A DNA stretch of 64,000 bases from a virus (lineage: Duplodnaviria > Caudoviricetes): the IMG/VR virus record IMGVR_UViG_3300032285_003957, positions 160,001 through 224,000 of that record; one strand, written 5' to 3'. The notes below the pieces were generated by a model. The model was not told the origin of the DNA and made no database searches. It was given only the letters and a program-made list of their open reading frames with translations. Position 1 is the first letter of the stretch; each line of letters opens with the position of its first letter. Shown in pieces: positions 1 through 10,955 of the stretch. The position numbers and the translations under genes are program-made.

Positions 1-75
1 GCAAAGGTAAAAATAAGCTACAACGTAAATAACGGGACATTCACGTCGTCCGATTTTTTAATAATTAACATATAA
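1..75 (+). CDS. C-terminal end of an upstream gene, probably a gp25-like baseplate wedge protein (partial)
   Basis: Frame 1 reads AKVKISYNVNNGTFTSSDFLIINI-stop, and its TAA overlaps the next ATG (TAATG). Its position before a gp6/J-like gene suggests gp25. Confidence 0.4.
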   Translation, partial: AKVKISYNVNNGTFTSSDFLIINI

Positions 76-1907
76 TGGCAAAAAAAATATCATACGCAGT
101 AAGAGATTTTGCGGGTTTAAGACAAGAATTAGTAAACCTTACAAAAGATTATTATCCTGACTTAGTAAAGAATACTAACGACGCATCAATCTATTCAGTT
201 CTTTTAGATTTGAATGCAGCTATCGCAGATAACTTACATTTTCACATTGATAGAGTTTGGCAAGAAACTATGTTGGATTTTGCTCAACAAAGACAGTCAT
301 TATATCATATTGCAAAAACATACGGTATTAAAATACCCGGTAATAGACCATCGGTTTCATTAGTTGATTTTTCAATAAACGTTCCTGTTAGAGGTGATAA
401 AGAAGATGAAAGATATTTGGGTATCATAAAAACAGGATGTCAGGTTTCTGGCGGAGGTGCAATATTTGAAACAGTTGATGATATTGATTTTTCAAATCCA
501 TTTAATACCAAAGGTGAACCAAATAGATTAAAAATACCAAATTTTGATGCAAACAATACTTTGATTTCATATACAATAACAAAAAGAGAAGCGGTTGTTA
601 ATGGGGTTACTAAAGTATATAGAAGAGTTATTACAGAATTGGATCAGAAACCATTTTTAAAAATTTATCTACCTGAACAAAATGTTTTGGGTGTAACAGC
701 CGTTATTCATAAAGACGGAACTAATTTTGCAACAAACCCATCATCATCAGAATTTTTATCATCAAATACTAAATGGTATGAAGTTGATAGTTTGATGCAA
801 GATAAAGTATTCATACCAGACCCAACTGCAATATCCGATACATTAAATTTTAAAGCAGGTAATTTTTTAACTGTTACAAATAAATTTGTTACAGAAACAA
901 CGCCTGAAAATTATTATTCGTTAACATTTGGTTCAGGAACAGTTGACCCAATGAATAACTTAGACAATTACATGAGTGGCACAATGAAAGTAAATTTAGC
1001 CACATATCTTAATAATGTTTCTTTAGGCGCTGTTCCAAAAGCAAATACAACAGTTTTTGTAAAATATAGAATCGGTGGTGGTAAAGAATCAAATTTAGGT
1101 GTGGACGTCTTATCAAGTATAGATAGCGTTGAATTTGATGTTAATGGCCCTAATTCGTCTTATAATGACCAAGTAACACAATCTCTAAGATGCACAAACG
1201 TAACACCTGCAATTGGTGGTGCAGACCAACCAACAATAGAGGAATTAAGAAATATGATTGCATATAATTTTGCAGCACAAAAAAGAGCGGTAACATTGAA
1301 TGATTACAAATCAATGGTTGAAAACATGCCTGCAACATATGGTGCACCTGCAAAAGTTAATGTGATGGAGGAAAACAATAAAATAAAAGTTAAACTTGTT
1401 TCATATGATGAAAATGGTAATTTAACTGACATTGTTTCTAACACATTGAAAAGCAATATTTTAAATTATCTTTCAGGTTATAGAATGATTAATGACTACA
1501 TCGATATTACAAGTGGTGAGGTTGTCGATATGGGATTAGAAATTGATTTAATAATTGATAAAAATCAAATACCAACAGATATTATTAGAGAAAGTGTTGC
1601 AACAGCAACTGACTTCTTTGATATTAATAAAAGAAAAATGGGTGACCCATTGTTTGTTGGAGATTTAATTAGACAAATTGGACAAGTTAATGGTGTTGTT
1701 AACGTAGTTGATATCAGAGTTTACGGTAAAACAGGTGGTAGTTATTCTTCTTCAGAAGTGGCACAAACTTATAAAAACGCTGTAACAAAAGAAATCCAAC
1801 AGTTTGATATGTCAATCTTTATGAAGAGTAATCAAATATTCCAAATTAGATTCCCTGGTCAAGATATCAAAGTAAGAACCAAAACTTTAGGAACGACTAC
1901 ATACTAA
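75..1907 (+). CDS. Baseplate wedge protein (T4 gp6 / baseplate J-like)
   Basis: N-terminus RDFAGLRQEL...LLDLNAAIADNLHFHID...ETMLDFAQQRQSLYHIAKTYG and later GGAD...IEELR...FAAQKRAVTLNDY are characteristic of gp6/J proteins. Confidence 0.85.
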   Translation: MAKKISYAVRDFAGLRQELVNLTKDYYPDLVKNTNDASIYSVLLDLNAAIADNLHFHIDRVWQETMLDFAQQRQSLYHIAKTYGIKIPGNRPSVSLVDFSINVPVRGDKEDERYLGIIKTGCQVSGGGAIFETVDDIDFSNPFNTKGEPNRLKIPNFDANNTLISYTITKREAVVNGVTKVYRRVITELDQKPFLKIYLPEQNVLGVTAVIHKDGTNFATNPSSSEFLSSNTKWYEVDSLMQDKVFIPDPTAISDTLNFKAGNFLTVTNKFVTETTPENYYSLTFGSGTVDPMNNLDNYMSGTMKVNLATYLNNVSLGAVPKANTTVFVKYRIGGGKESNLGVDVLSSIDSVEFDVNGPNSSYNDQVTQSLRCTNVTPAIGGADQPTIEELRNMIAYNFAAQKRAVTLNDYKSMVENMPATYGAPAKVNVMEENNKIKVKLVSYDENGNLTDIVSNTLKSNILNYLSGYRMINDYIDITSGEVVDMGLEIDLIIDKNQIPTDIIRESVATATDFFDINKRKMGDPLFVGDLIRQIGQVNGVVNVVDIRVYGKTGGSYSSSEVAQTYKNAVTKEIQQFDMSIFMKSNQIFQIRFPGQDIKVRTKTLGTTTY

Positions 1908-1961
1908 AATGTTTTTTCCTTATAATAGTAGAAAATCGGTTAGTTTCTATTTATTATAGGT

Positions 1962-4900
1962 ATGGCGCAAAATTACAGAATTTCAACAAATATTGGTAAA
2001 GAACAGAAGGTAACCTTCCAAATGAACCAAGACTACGATTTTTTAGAAATCCTTTCTTTAAAATTCAGTCAAAAAGAGGTTTATACATCCTTATGTTCGG
2101 ATTATGGAGTTGTTTGTGGTAGAGTTACAGCAAACGATGGATTGGGTATTCCTAACGTAAAAGTTGCAATATTCATTCCCGTTTCGGAAATTGACAAATT
2201 AGACCCCGTTGTTTCAGCGGTGTATCCTTATGAAACGATTACATCTCAAGATGCTGATAACATTAGATTTAATGTATTACCTGCAAGAAAACAACATTCA
2301 GGACACACACCAACAGGAACATTTCCTGACCAATCAGACTTACTACAACAAGAAGAATTAATTTATGTTTTTGAAACATATTACAAATACACAGCAAAAA
2401 CAAATGATGCAGGTGATTTTATGATATGGGGAGTGCCAATTGGTCAGCACACAATTCACTTTGATGCCGATTTGTCAGATATTGGTTGTCAATCACTTGT
2501 TCCATACGATTTAATGTATGAAGGTGTTTCACAAGAAAAATTTGAAAACAAATACACATTTTTATCATCAACAAATTTAGATACACTTCCACAAATTATT
2601 TCAATTGATAAAACAATTAATGTTTATCCATTTTGGGGTAATCAAGATTTATGTGAAATAGGTATCACAAGAGTTGACTTTGATTTAAAAGAAAGAGGTG
2701 TTAGGATTGACCCATATGCATTAATTATGGGCGGAACAGTTAGTGATGGTGTTGATGATATGATGTCATACAATTGCGATGTTGGTGAAAGACAAGGTGA
2801 GAAATGTAGACTTATTACAAAGAAAGGTGATATTGAAGCAATTCGTTTTACAGGAAAATATGAAACGGATACAAACGGAACACCAAATCCAAGAAGACCA
2901 ATATTAGAAATGTTCAAAGTAGATAGCACTATTGATGAACACGGAACATTTTTCTTCAGAGTTCCTATGAACATGAAGTATATTAAAACTGATGAGTTTG
3001 GTGAAATTGTGGAATCTAAAGACCCAAATATTGGTATTGCAACAGCGGGAACATATCGTTTTAGATTAACACTTACAGACGAATCAGGTGGTGCTAACAA
3101 AGGAATTAATGGAACATACTTAGTTCCAAATATTAGAGAATATCATACAAACGACCCATCTTTCATTGGTGCTCCGTCAACAATTGACCCAAAGTCATAT
3201 GCGTTTAGTCCTAATTTAGATGATTACCCTACGGCAGCACTGGATGAAATAGTTGGATTAAGTCAGACCGCAATAGACGATAATAAAATTGGAATACCAC
3301 AAGATTACTTTTATCAATTTAGATACAGTAGAGTATACACGGTAGCACAATTTATTAATAGATACATGTCAGCCAACGCACATCAAAGTGGGAATTGGTT
3401 TTGGTCAAGAACAACAAGAGATAAAGAGTTCTTAGCATTCAAAGACATCTATCCCGATAAAGAAACAGATTGTTCTAATACACACGTTCATTTACCAGTG
3501 AACGATGCAACAAAGAAAAATAGAGTTAATTTATTTTTAATTACAACATTGAATTGGGTTAACTATGGTAACCTTACATATTCTTTAGCAGTAAGAGAAT
3601 TTAACGTAATGATTAACTGGTTATTTGGAGGTTTTTTTGGTGGTTCAAGTGCAGCGGCATCAAGAAGAAGAAACAAAGAATATCAGTTTAAAAATATAAT
3701 GAAACTTAAGTTAACGGTTTATCCTGATTGTTATGATTGTGAAGAAGACACGCAAACAAATGGTCTTGATTATGGAGTTTCAGCGATTAATATTGGTGAT
3801 TATACAGGAACAACTTCTTTAAATAATGCTACGTTTTACATGGGCGAAAAGTATTATGCTGCAAGAAGTGCTGGCACATGTTCACAATTTACTATTAATA
3901 ATACAAATAGTGACCCAAAGACAATTACTTACACAGACTGTAATAACAACCCACAAACATTAACATTAGCTGCTGCAGAAAATGGTAGAACAATTTGCGC
4001 AAAAAGTTTAGGTTCTTTACCTTCAGGAGTATCATCAACCGTTGATGATTCATCGTCAAATGCATGTTTAGCTTATGACCCTAATGGTGATTTATATTTT
4101 CACAATGATACCAATGGAGTATATGCACAATACAATCTAACTAATTTACCTGCATCAGCAACATCATCCCTATATGATGGTAAGTTATTAAAACAACAAT
4201 ATGTTATTGGTGTTAATGTTTTAGGTGCAGGTTTACAATATTATACTATTGGTATCGGACAACAATTTCCAATAGTTTATGATTCAGCAACATCATATTG
4301 GAAAATACAAGGTTTATATACCAATATTTCAACACAAATTGCTAACGCTTATAACCAACCACTTGATGGTGTTGTGAGTGGAACCGCGCATAATAAAACT
4401 AATTTAGTTGATATTGAAAAGATATGGTTGGTAACGTATAACTACACTGGTAGCACAACTGGTGTAGAACAAGAAACTGGTTGTCAAAAATACGATACGA
4501 TATACGATAACTATAATGAAGCACCTGGTTTATTTTCACAAGGTAATATGCGTTTAAGGTCAGTTAAATTTCCTATAACATTAAAAAATGGAACAACGTT
4601 AGCAACTTATGTTGATGCGTTGAATTATCTTGAAGAAAATCCACCTGATAATTATACGGGTAATGCTGCAAGTGGTTGGACAACAACTAATAATGTGTTA
4701 TTATGGAATGCATTAGATAATAACTATTACACAGAGATTTATGGATTGAATGAAGACGAATGTCAACCAAGACCACAATACAATTATGGTGCGGTTACAT
4801 CTGTTTATGCTAAATGGCCAGGAACTAATTCAGGTAATTTTAGAAACGATGATGTGAGATGTGTAAGATATGGAAAATATGCGGGAACATCTGGTAAAGG

Positions 4901-6443
4901 TAAAGGTAGCTCTAAAGAAATGGTTGACCCGTTAGCCACAACTGGTGGAACAATGTCAGGTTACTCAGAATTTAGAGATGGTGTTTATACAATTGTCCCA
5001 ATGGCGGGTCGAACTTTTGAAATGTTAGCTGATTTTAGAAGAAGAAAAACATTTGCAGCATTTATGTGCGGCGGTATTGTTAATTATACATTCTCTAACT
5101 CTTGGATAAATGGTATGTTATACTTCTTTAAATTTGCAAAAAACAATCAAGATTTTTGTAAAGATAATGTGTATAAGAAAATTGGTGAAACTGATAATAA
5201 AACATATTATTATTATCGTTCAACACCATATAATCCGGGTTATAGTGGTAAAACCGATTCAACATATACTCAAATTATAACACAAGCAACAACAAGTCAT
5301 CTTGAATTACAATATGATTATGACCCTGACACTGGTGTAAAATCATCAACACCAAATACTGGTTTAACAAAAACATATTTAAGTCAAACAAATGGTTTCC
5401 ATGGTCATCAAAGATTATTAGATTTTACTGAAGGTTATGGTGGTTTATGGTTTTTATTTAGTCCGCTAGCTACTTGGATTAAATTGACTTTATTAGTCTT
5501 TGAAGGTAACGATAATTCACTAAAAAGATATAAACGTGAAATAAATTTCCCAACAACAATTGTAGATTTAGGTCCAAGACAAACGTGGATTAGAGAAATA
5601 TGCACAGACCCTTCAATGGATGTCAACTGCGCTATTACAAGAAGTATTGGAAACACATCATTTAAGAACATAACAGATTTAATGGAATATGTTATTGGAT
5701 CTAAAGAACTTAAAGAAAGAGGTCGTTTAACAATTGATTCGTTATTTTCCAATAGAGGATTAAATCTAATTGACGGTGACGTTGCTCAACTATTAAATTT
5801 CAATACTCAAACAGGTATATATCCATTTGAATATTCGTCAGGCTCAATTTCACCTTATGGTCATTTATATGATAATTTATTTGATGGTAGAGGTGCGGTT
5901 AATCTTGATTTTGTATATAGTGTTGATGACCCTGATACAAAAACAATTGAAGCTAATGGTAGAGAAATTAGATTATGTATTAATCAACCTGGTAGATTAG
6001 GTGATAATTCACAAAGAGTTCCGTATTTCAAATGGGATACTGTAGGAAATGGTTATGGTGATTCAAAGTCAACATTATTTGGTATTACACCAACAGATAC
6101 AAAAACAAGCGAAATGCAAAACTATTTCACAGCTTATGTTTATAACCAAAGATTACAAGAATTTAAAGCAAATTTAAATGCAGATGTTAATAATAACATA
6201 TTAGATAATAATTTCATTGGTAATTCATCAACATCTGTAACTCCGTGGTTATTACCACCAATTAGAGATTGTATTGAAATTAATGGTGTTAAGAAAAAAG
6301 GTTATGACAACTATAAAGAATATACTGTAGGAGGTAAAGCTCGACATCTTATGGAAATAGGCGTTCCTTTCCATTATTGTTTTGGAATTAAAAAAGGCTC
6401 AACAGCATATGATAAGTTTTTAGAAAGTTATGGTCCATTATAA
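1962..6443 (+). CDS. Large virion structural protein (baseplate-associated) with an N-terminal prealbumin/carboxypeptidase-regulatory-like segment
   Basis: 1493-aa ORF following gp6, with VVCGRVTANDGLGIPNVKVAIFIP, a T/N/G/Y-rich middle and an upstream TATTTAT motif. Confidence 0.6.
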   Translation: MAQNYRISTNIGKEQKVTFQMNQDYDFLEILSLKFSQKEVYTSLCSDYGVVCGRVTANDGLGIPNVKVAIFIPVSEIDKLDPVVSAVYPYETITSQDADNIRFNVLPARKQHSGHTPTGTFPDQSDLLQQEELIYVFETYYKYTAKTNDAGDFMIWGVPIGQHTIHFDADLSDIGCQSLVPYDLMYEGVSQEKFENKYTFLSSTNLDTLPQIISIDKTINVYPFWGNQDLCEIGITRVDFDLKERGVRIDPYALIMGGTVSDGVDDMMSYNCDVGERQGEKCRLITKKGDIEAIRFTGKYETDTNGTPNPRRPILEMFKVDSTIDEHGTFFFRVPMNMKYIKTDEFGEIVESKDPNIGIATAGTYRFRLTLTDESGGANKGINGTYLVPNIREYHTNDPSFIGAPSTIDPKSYAFSPNLDDYPTAALDEIVGLSQTAIDDNKIGIPQDYFYQFRYSRVYTVAQFINRYMSANAHQSGNWFWSRTTRDKEFLAFKDIYPDKETDCSNTHVHLPVNDATKKNRVNLFLITTLNWVNYGNLTYSLAVREFNVMINWLFGGFFGGSSAAASRRRNKEYQFKNIMKLKLTVYPDCYDCEEDTQTNGLDYGVSAINIGDYTGTTSLNNATFYMGEKYYAARSAGTCSQFTINNTNSDPKTITYTDCNNNPQTLTLAAAENGRTICAKSLGSLPSGVSSTVDDSSSNACLAYDPNGDLYFHNDTNGVYAQYNLTNLPASATSSLYDGKLLKQQYVIGVNVLGAGLQYYTIGIGQQFPIVYDSATSYWKIQGLYTNISTQIANAYNQPLDGVVSGTAHNKTNLVDIEKIWLVTYNYTGSTTGVEQETGCQKYDTIYDNYNEAPGLFSQGNMRLRSVKFPITLKNGTTLATYVDALNYLEENPPDNYTGNAASGWTTTNNVLLWNALDNNYYTEIYGLNEDECQPRPQYNYGAVTSVYAKWPGTNSGNFRNDDVRCVRYGKYAGTSGKGKGSSKEMVDPLATTGGTMSGYSEFRDGVYTIVPMAGRTFEMLADFRRRKTFAAFMCGGIVNYTFSNSWINGMLYFFKFAKNNQDFCKDNVYKKIGETDNKTYYYYRSTPYNPGYSGKTDSTYTQIITQATTSHLELQYDYDPDTGVKSSTPNTGLTKTYLSQTNGFHGHQRLLDFTEGYGGLWFLFSPLATWIKLTLLVFEGNDNSLKRYKREINFPTTIVDLGPRQTWIREICTDPSMDVNCAITRSIGNTSFKNITDLMEYVIGSKELKERGRLTIDSLFSNRGLNLIDGDVAQLLNFNTQTGIYPFEYSSGSISPYGHLYDNLFDGRGAVNLDFVYSVDDPDTKTIEANGREIRLCINQPGRLGDNSQRVPYFKWDTVGNGYGDSKSTLFGITPTDTKTSEMQNYFTAYVYNQRLQEFKANLNADVNNNILDNNFIGNSSTSVTPWLLPPIRDCIEINGVKKKGYDNYKEYTVGGKARHLMEIGVPFHYCFGIKKGSTAYDKFLESYGPL

Positions 6444-6444
6444 T

Positions 6445-7137
6445 ATGAAGATATTTGATATTTTTAAAAAAAGAAAACCAAATCATTTAATAATTTACGT
6501 TGATTATAAAAGACGTGAATTATGGCTTTATAAGCTATTGTCTAAATTAACATATAGTGTTGGTCCTTTTACTGAAATGGATAAAGTTATTGATGGCGTT
6601 AAAAAATTTATTTACAAATATCCTGAACCATTAAAACAAATAAACATAACAAGTTTTGGTAGAGGTAGAAATTTAGTTGAAACGATTGAAGGTAGTGAAA
6701 AAATAAAAGAACTTGTTGACGCATTACGTCCAATCATTACACCTGAAACAAAATTAATGTTCACAACTTGCTTTAGTGGTATTTCATATAGAATGGCGGT
6801 AGAAATGTCAGAATATCTTGATGGTATTGAAATCTACGCTATGAAAAGAAGATACGGTATAAATGCGTTAATGACAAAATGTCAATGTAAAGAAAGTGGA
6901 TATAGCCAAAAAGTGATTGATTCAATACCATTAAGCAAAAGAGGGTTTTATGTTGATGAAAAAAATATGATTGACATTGTTAAGTGGCAACTTAATCAAG
7001 AAGTTAATTGGGTAACATCGGGAATGGCATATGAATATAACAAAAGAATGTTTGAAGATGGTATATGTGATACAAGTAAACAACCTAAAACAGTTTTGGA
7101 TGGAATAAAAAATTATTTATTTAATACTCAAGATTAA
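6445..7137 (+). CDS. Hypothetical protein, weakly DUF4347/caspase-fold-like
   Basis: The ATG at 6445 follows the upstream stop. INITSFGRG and LMFTTCFSG resemble the sHG and L.gC strands of DUF4347-type domains. Composition is Lys/Ile-rich, unlike the neighbours. Confidence 0.45.
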   Translation: MKIFDIFKKRKPNHLIIYVDYKRRELWLYKLLSKLTYSVGPFTEMDKVIDGVKKFIYKYPEPLKQINITSFGRGRNLVETIEGSEKIKELVDALRPIITPETKLMFTTCFSGISYRMAVEMSEYLDGIEIYAMKRRYGINALMTKCQCKESGYSQKVIDSIPLSKRGFYVDEKNMIDIVKWQLNQEVNWVTSGMAYEYNKRMFEDGICDTSKQPKTVLDGIKNYLFNTQD

Positions 7138-8987
7138 TGGACGAAAATAAACAAATATTACTTCCAAGTAAAAAATATCAAAAAGCTAACGACGAAGATG
7201 TTACTATTAGAATGGGGTTGGAAAACACCGAATCTTTAGTTAGAATTGGCGATAGAGAAATTGTATTAGACATTGCGGAACAATTTAATACCGAAAGACA
7301 AGCAAGCACCAAATATAAAATATACGGTAAAATGAGAATGGTGTTTCGTAATATGTATTCTGGTTCAACAACATATACAAATTTACAACGTAATTTATAT
7401 TTAAACGGTGACGGTAGTGAAGATATTGCACAATTTCCAAATAAATGGAAAGAAGGTTATATGTCTTATGAAGAGTTTGCATTGTTAAGAAACGATGTGT
7501 TAAGACAATCCTTTAATGTTCAAACAGGTGATACTTTATCATCATTCACCACATCAACAGATTTAATGGGTAATTCATATACGGGCCATACATTATTAAC
7601 ACCAATTACGGCCCCGTATCAAAATTGGAACATATATCTTTCTTATGTGTATGCACAAGATAGCTCATTTCCTATGGGTTATTCTTTTTCAGGAACAACC
7701 ACAGGATGTGGTGATGGAACAACGTTTTGTTTTACATCGGGTGATGGTATTCCATTTAGAATAACTGATGATGGAAAATATTATACATTAACAAGTCCTG
7801 TTGAACATGGATTTAGTGTTGGCCAATATATTTTATTATCAGGCGGAACATGTAATTTTAACGACTACGCTCATTCATTATTCCAAGTCAACACCGTTGG
7901 AAATCAAACATTCAATTCTGACAAATACAGCATTCAAATTAGTAAAGCTCAATTTAAATCTACAGCGTCAATAAACGGACAAATATTTGCTTTAGGTAAA
8001 AGAGTTACAGATATTAAAGATATAAGCGGTTCAACATCAAATTATTATGTTCACAAACATAAAACATTAACAGGTGTTAATGACTATATATTAGATTATG
8101 TTGGTTTTGAAAAACCAATATGGGAAGAAGAAAGAAAATTATTATTTGAAAATGTTGATGGCACATCAGATTATTTAGTTACTCAAAACAGAATGGAAGC
8201 TGTTTTATATGATTTTAAAGATACGTTAGATATATCTGGTTTAACAAATAACATGGGATTCACACCATTGGAAGTATATGTGACAACAATACTAAGAAAT
8301 GGTAATGGTTATTTTGATTATCCACCTAAAGTTGGATATAAATTTAATTTTCATGATTCATGGATAGACCAACACTTTAGTGGAACAACATCATACGAAA
8401 AAAGTATGACTGGTAACACATATACATTTAGTCCTAATTCTGCTGTAAGCGGATTTCCAACATTTACAGGTGGGACTGCATTACCTATTGGAACAATATT
8501 AACTGGTGCTTATGTTGAATATAACCCAAAGGAACACAAAGAAAGAATTATAAGTGAATCGTTTCATAAGTTTACAATTAAAAAAAGTGTTTTTAATCAT
8601 AGTCAAGACCAAGGCGTAATTGGATTTTTAGGTGCAACATCCGCAAATCCATTTGGGATGTATTACCAACCGCATCATCGTATTAAACTTAGACAATTAT
8701 CACCATATATTGAAATTGCAAATACTAATGACATTTACAATTTACCTGAAAATTGCACCTATGATGCTCACGATGGTGTGTGGAGATGGAGAGATTTATA
8801 TGACCACGGATATGTTGACCCCGATAATTACGGAACAAACTTTCCATTTGTAAATGGACAACATTATGTAATGAATGAAATTAATTTTTATTTAAGAAAT
8901 GAAAAATATTACACAAATAAAAAAGATGGTATTATTGATTTTAATGACATAATCAACAATAAGAATAAAAATGTAACAAATTGCTAA
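7137..8987 (+). CDS. Virion structural protein, unknown function
   Basis: 616-aa ORF coupled to its neighbours inside the baseplate operon, with many [ST]GxT motifs. Confidence 0.55.
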   Translation: MDENKQILLPSKKYQKANDEDVTIRMGLENTESLVRIGDREIVLDIAEQFNTERQASTKYKIYGKMRMVFRNMYSGSTTYTNLQRNLYLNGDGSEDIAQFPNKWKEGYMSYEEFALLRNDVLRQSFNVQTGDTLSSFTTSTDLMGNSYTGHTLLTPITAPYQNWNIYLSYVYAQDSSFPMGYSFSGTTTGCGDGTTFCFTSGDGIPFRITDDGKYYTLTSPVEHGFSVGQYILLSGGTCNFNDYAHSLFQVNTVGNQTFNSDKYSIQISKAQFKSTASINGQIFALGKRVTDIKDISGSTSNYYVHKHKTLTGVNDYILDYVGFEKPIWEEERKLLFENVDGTSDYLVTQNRMEAVLYDFKDTLDISGLTNNMGFTPLEVYVTTILRNGNGYFDYPPKVGYKFNFHDSWIDQHFSGTTSYEKSMTGNTYTFSPNSAVSGFPTFTGGTALPIGTILTGAYVEYNPKEHKERIISESFHKFTIKKSVFNHSQDQGVIGFLGATSANPFGMYYQPHHRIKLRQLSPYIEIANTNDIYNLPENCTYDAHDGVWRWRDLYDHGYVDPDNYGTNFPFVNGQHYVMNEINFYLRNEKYYTNKKDGIIDFNDIINNKNKNVTNC

Positions 8988-10364
8988 ATGAAAATTTTAA
9001 GAAATTATGTTGACCAAAATATAGTAATTAATACCGAAACCGATATTCAAACTAATGCGGGATGGGAAGAAAGTTTACAAGAATTTGAAACTGAAATCCT
9101 AAAAGAAATTGTCAACCCAATTGAAAATTATGAAACGGTAAGATATATTCATGCGCCATATACAACAACTAATGGTGGGTTAACATTCCAACAAGTTGAT
9201 TTATGGTTTGAATTTTATTTTTTAAGTGGCGGAACATATTCAACAGACTATACTTCGGCAGGTATAACACTTCACGAAAACACACAATTTCTAACTCAAT
9301 TTAGCAAATCATTTTTTAGAATTGAATTTTATAAAACACCTGGCGTAGTTGTTAATAATGTTTTAACTTGTCAACCACCAACAAGAACCAATAGAAAATT
9401 AGTTTTTGCTAAAAATTTACCAACAACGTTAAGTGAAAAATTTCATTTGAATTCAGTTGCAGACACAATACATATACCAATATTTCATGCATCTAACTAT
9501 AAAAACAGGGAGATGATTTACCAATTTTGGTTCCAAGATGAATCGGTTTTAGCTGAAACAAATTTAAGTGGAACAACAACAGGTAACACGTTTTTCATGA
9601 CTGCTAAATTTTACAATACAAAAGATGGTTCTATTGTGGATTTTACAAATGACGATTTTTGTCATACGTATGAAATAACTGAACAGTTTGACATGTATTA
9701 TCAAGTTGATTTTGATTACGTCAATCATAATTACATGATTTATAGATATAATGGAACTAAAGGTTCAAGAATTGGTGAAAGTGGTGACCCCATTTTATTT
9801 TATGAAAAGGGTGGTAAAATCAATTGTGCAACACCAACACCAACACCTACACCAACAAAAACACCAACAAATGGACCAGCGGTTACACCAACGTTAACAC
9901 CGACTCCAACAATTACACCTACAAGAACATCTTCAACACCATACAGTCAACCCGTTGATTTTACATTGGCTAATGATTGTGAAAATTTTGGCGTTAGGGT
10001 TGCAAACATGACTGGCGGCCATAATCAATTTCAAGGAACTGGTTTGTATTTTAGTGCGGCAGAAGCCACAGGTGCAACATTCTTTAATATCTCACAAATA
10101 AATAACACCACGGGTTATAATGCATCAAGGATATCAGGTAATTTATTTTATGCAAATGGAGTTACAATGTATGTTGCTGTTAGAGATTTACAAAATCCAT
10201 CAAACATAAGTGTTAAATCAATTGTTTTATCTAACTGCACACCACCATCTCCGTCACCACCAGTAAATCCAAGTGATTTATATACTAATACCATAACACT
10301 AAGTTACATTTCTTCTTTCCAAAGTAGTAAATGTGAAGCCTACACTAATTGCACGTGGGCATAA
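8988..10364 (+). CDS. Structural protein with a Pro/Thr linker and Cys-containing C-terminal domains
   Basis: Globular N-terminus followed by a TPTPTPTKTPT linker; starts right after the upstream stop. Confidence 0.55.
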   Translation: MKILRNYVDQNIVINTETDIQTNAGWEESLQEFETEILKEIVNPIENYETVRYIHAPYTTTNGGLTFQQVDLWFEFYFLSGGTYSTDYTSAGITLHENTQFLTQFSKSFFRIEFYKTPGVVVNNVLTCQPPTRTNRKLVFAKNLPTTLSEKFHLNSVADTIHIPIFHASNYKNREMIYQFWFQDESVLAETNLSGTTTGNTFFMTAKFYNTKDGSIVDFTNDDFCHTYEITEQFDMYYQVDFDYVNHNYMIYRYNGTKGSRIGESGDPILFYEKGGKINCATPTPTPTPTKTPTNGPAVTPTLTPTPTITPTRTSSTPYSQPVDFTLANDCENFGVRVANMTGGHNQFQGTGLYFSAAEATGATFFNISQINNTTGYNASRISGNLFYANGVTMYVAVRDLQNPSNISVKSIVLSNCTPPSPSPPVNPSDLYTNTITLSYISSFQSSKCEAYTNCTWA

Positions 10365-10388
10365 AATATTAAAAAAAATTTAAAAAAA

Positions 10389-10919
10389 ATGTCAAGACCC
10401 TGTGATAAAGGAACATATTTTTATGATAGTGTAGGATATTTGGCTGTAGGTCAAAAGTTTTATGCTACATCTAACGGTGGAGATGTAATGCAAGGCTATT
10501 ATTCAGGAAAATATAATGGAACTTTTTACATTTTTACTGTTGATGCTGGAGGATTTATAACGGCGATGGAAACAATTTCATCATTAGGATGTGCGGGAAC
10601 TACACCAGACCCAACACCATCACCAATACCACAAGGTAATTCATTATTATTAGCGTTTAGAACCACACAAGGGCTTTCTTGCACAATTGGGTCTGAAATC
10701 AGTCAAAGAACGGAAATGTGGTCAAACGCTAATGAATCAAGTTTACAAAATGTAGCAGATTCAATTACACCATCAGATAGTCTATTGGATTTAAATTATT
10801 ACATGTATGCTGACGTCAATATGACAACCACTAAAAATAACGGATATTATTCTGATGGAAACTATTGGTATCGTGTATACGGTAGTGCAGGTAAAATAAT
10901 AGATGCGGGTCGCTGTTAA
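10389..10919 (+). CDS. Paired-Cys tip-domain protein, in frame with the preceding ORF
   Basis: Two GYYS(D)G-type modules joined by a TTPDPTPSP linker. Same frame as 8988..10364, 24 nt after its TAA. Confidence 0.55.
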   Translation: MSRPCDKGTYFYDSVGYLAVGQKFYATSNGGDVMQGYYSGKYNGTFYIFTVDAGGFITAMETISSLGCAGTTPDPTPSPIPQGNSLLLAFRTTQGLSCTIGSEISQRTEMWSNANESSLQNVADSITPSDSLLDLNYYMYADVNMTTTKNNGYYSDGNYWYRVYGSAGKIIDAGRC

Positions 10920-10943
10920 TTCAGGATAAAATAAAAAATCGTT

Positions 10944-10951
10944 TATTTATA
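10944..10951 (+). promoter_or_regulatory. Putative late promoter TATTTATA
   Basis: Motif recurs before structural genes; here it ends 4 nt before the GTG. Confidence 0.6.
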
Positions 10952-10955
10952 GTAG

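Noticed and set aside
10350-10403. T4 gene 60-style ribosomal bypass
   Set aside because: The codon before the stop (GCA) has no matching landing codon nearby and only a weak hairpin is possible. The split itself is reported separately.
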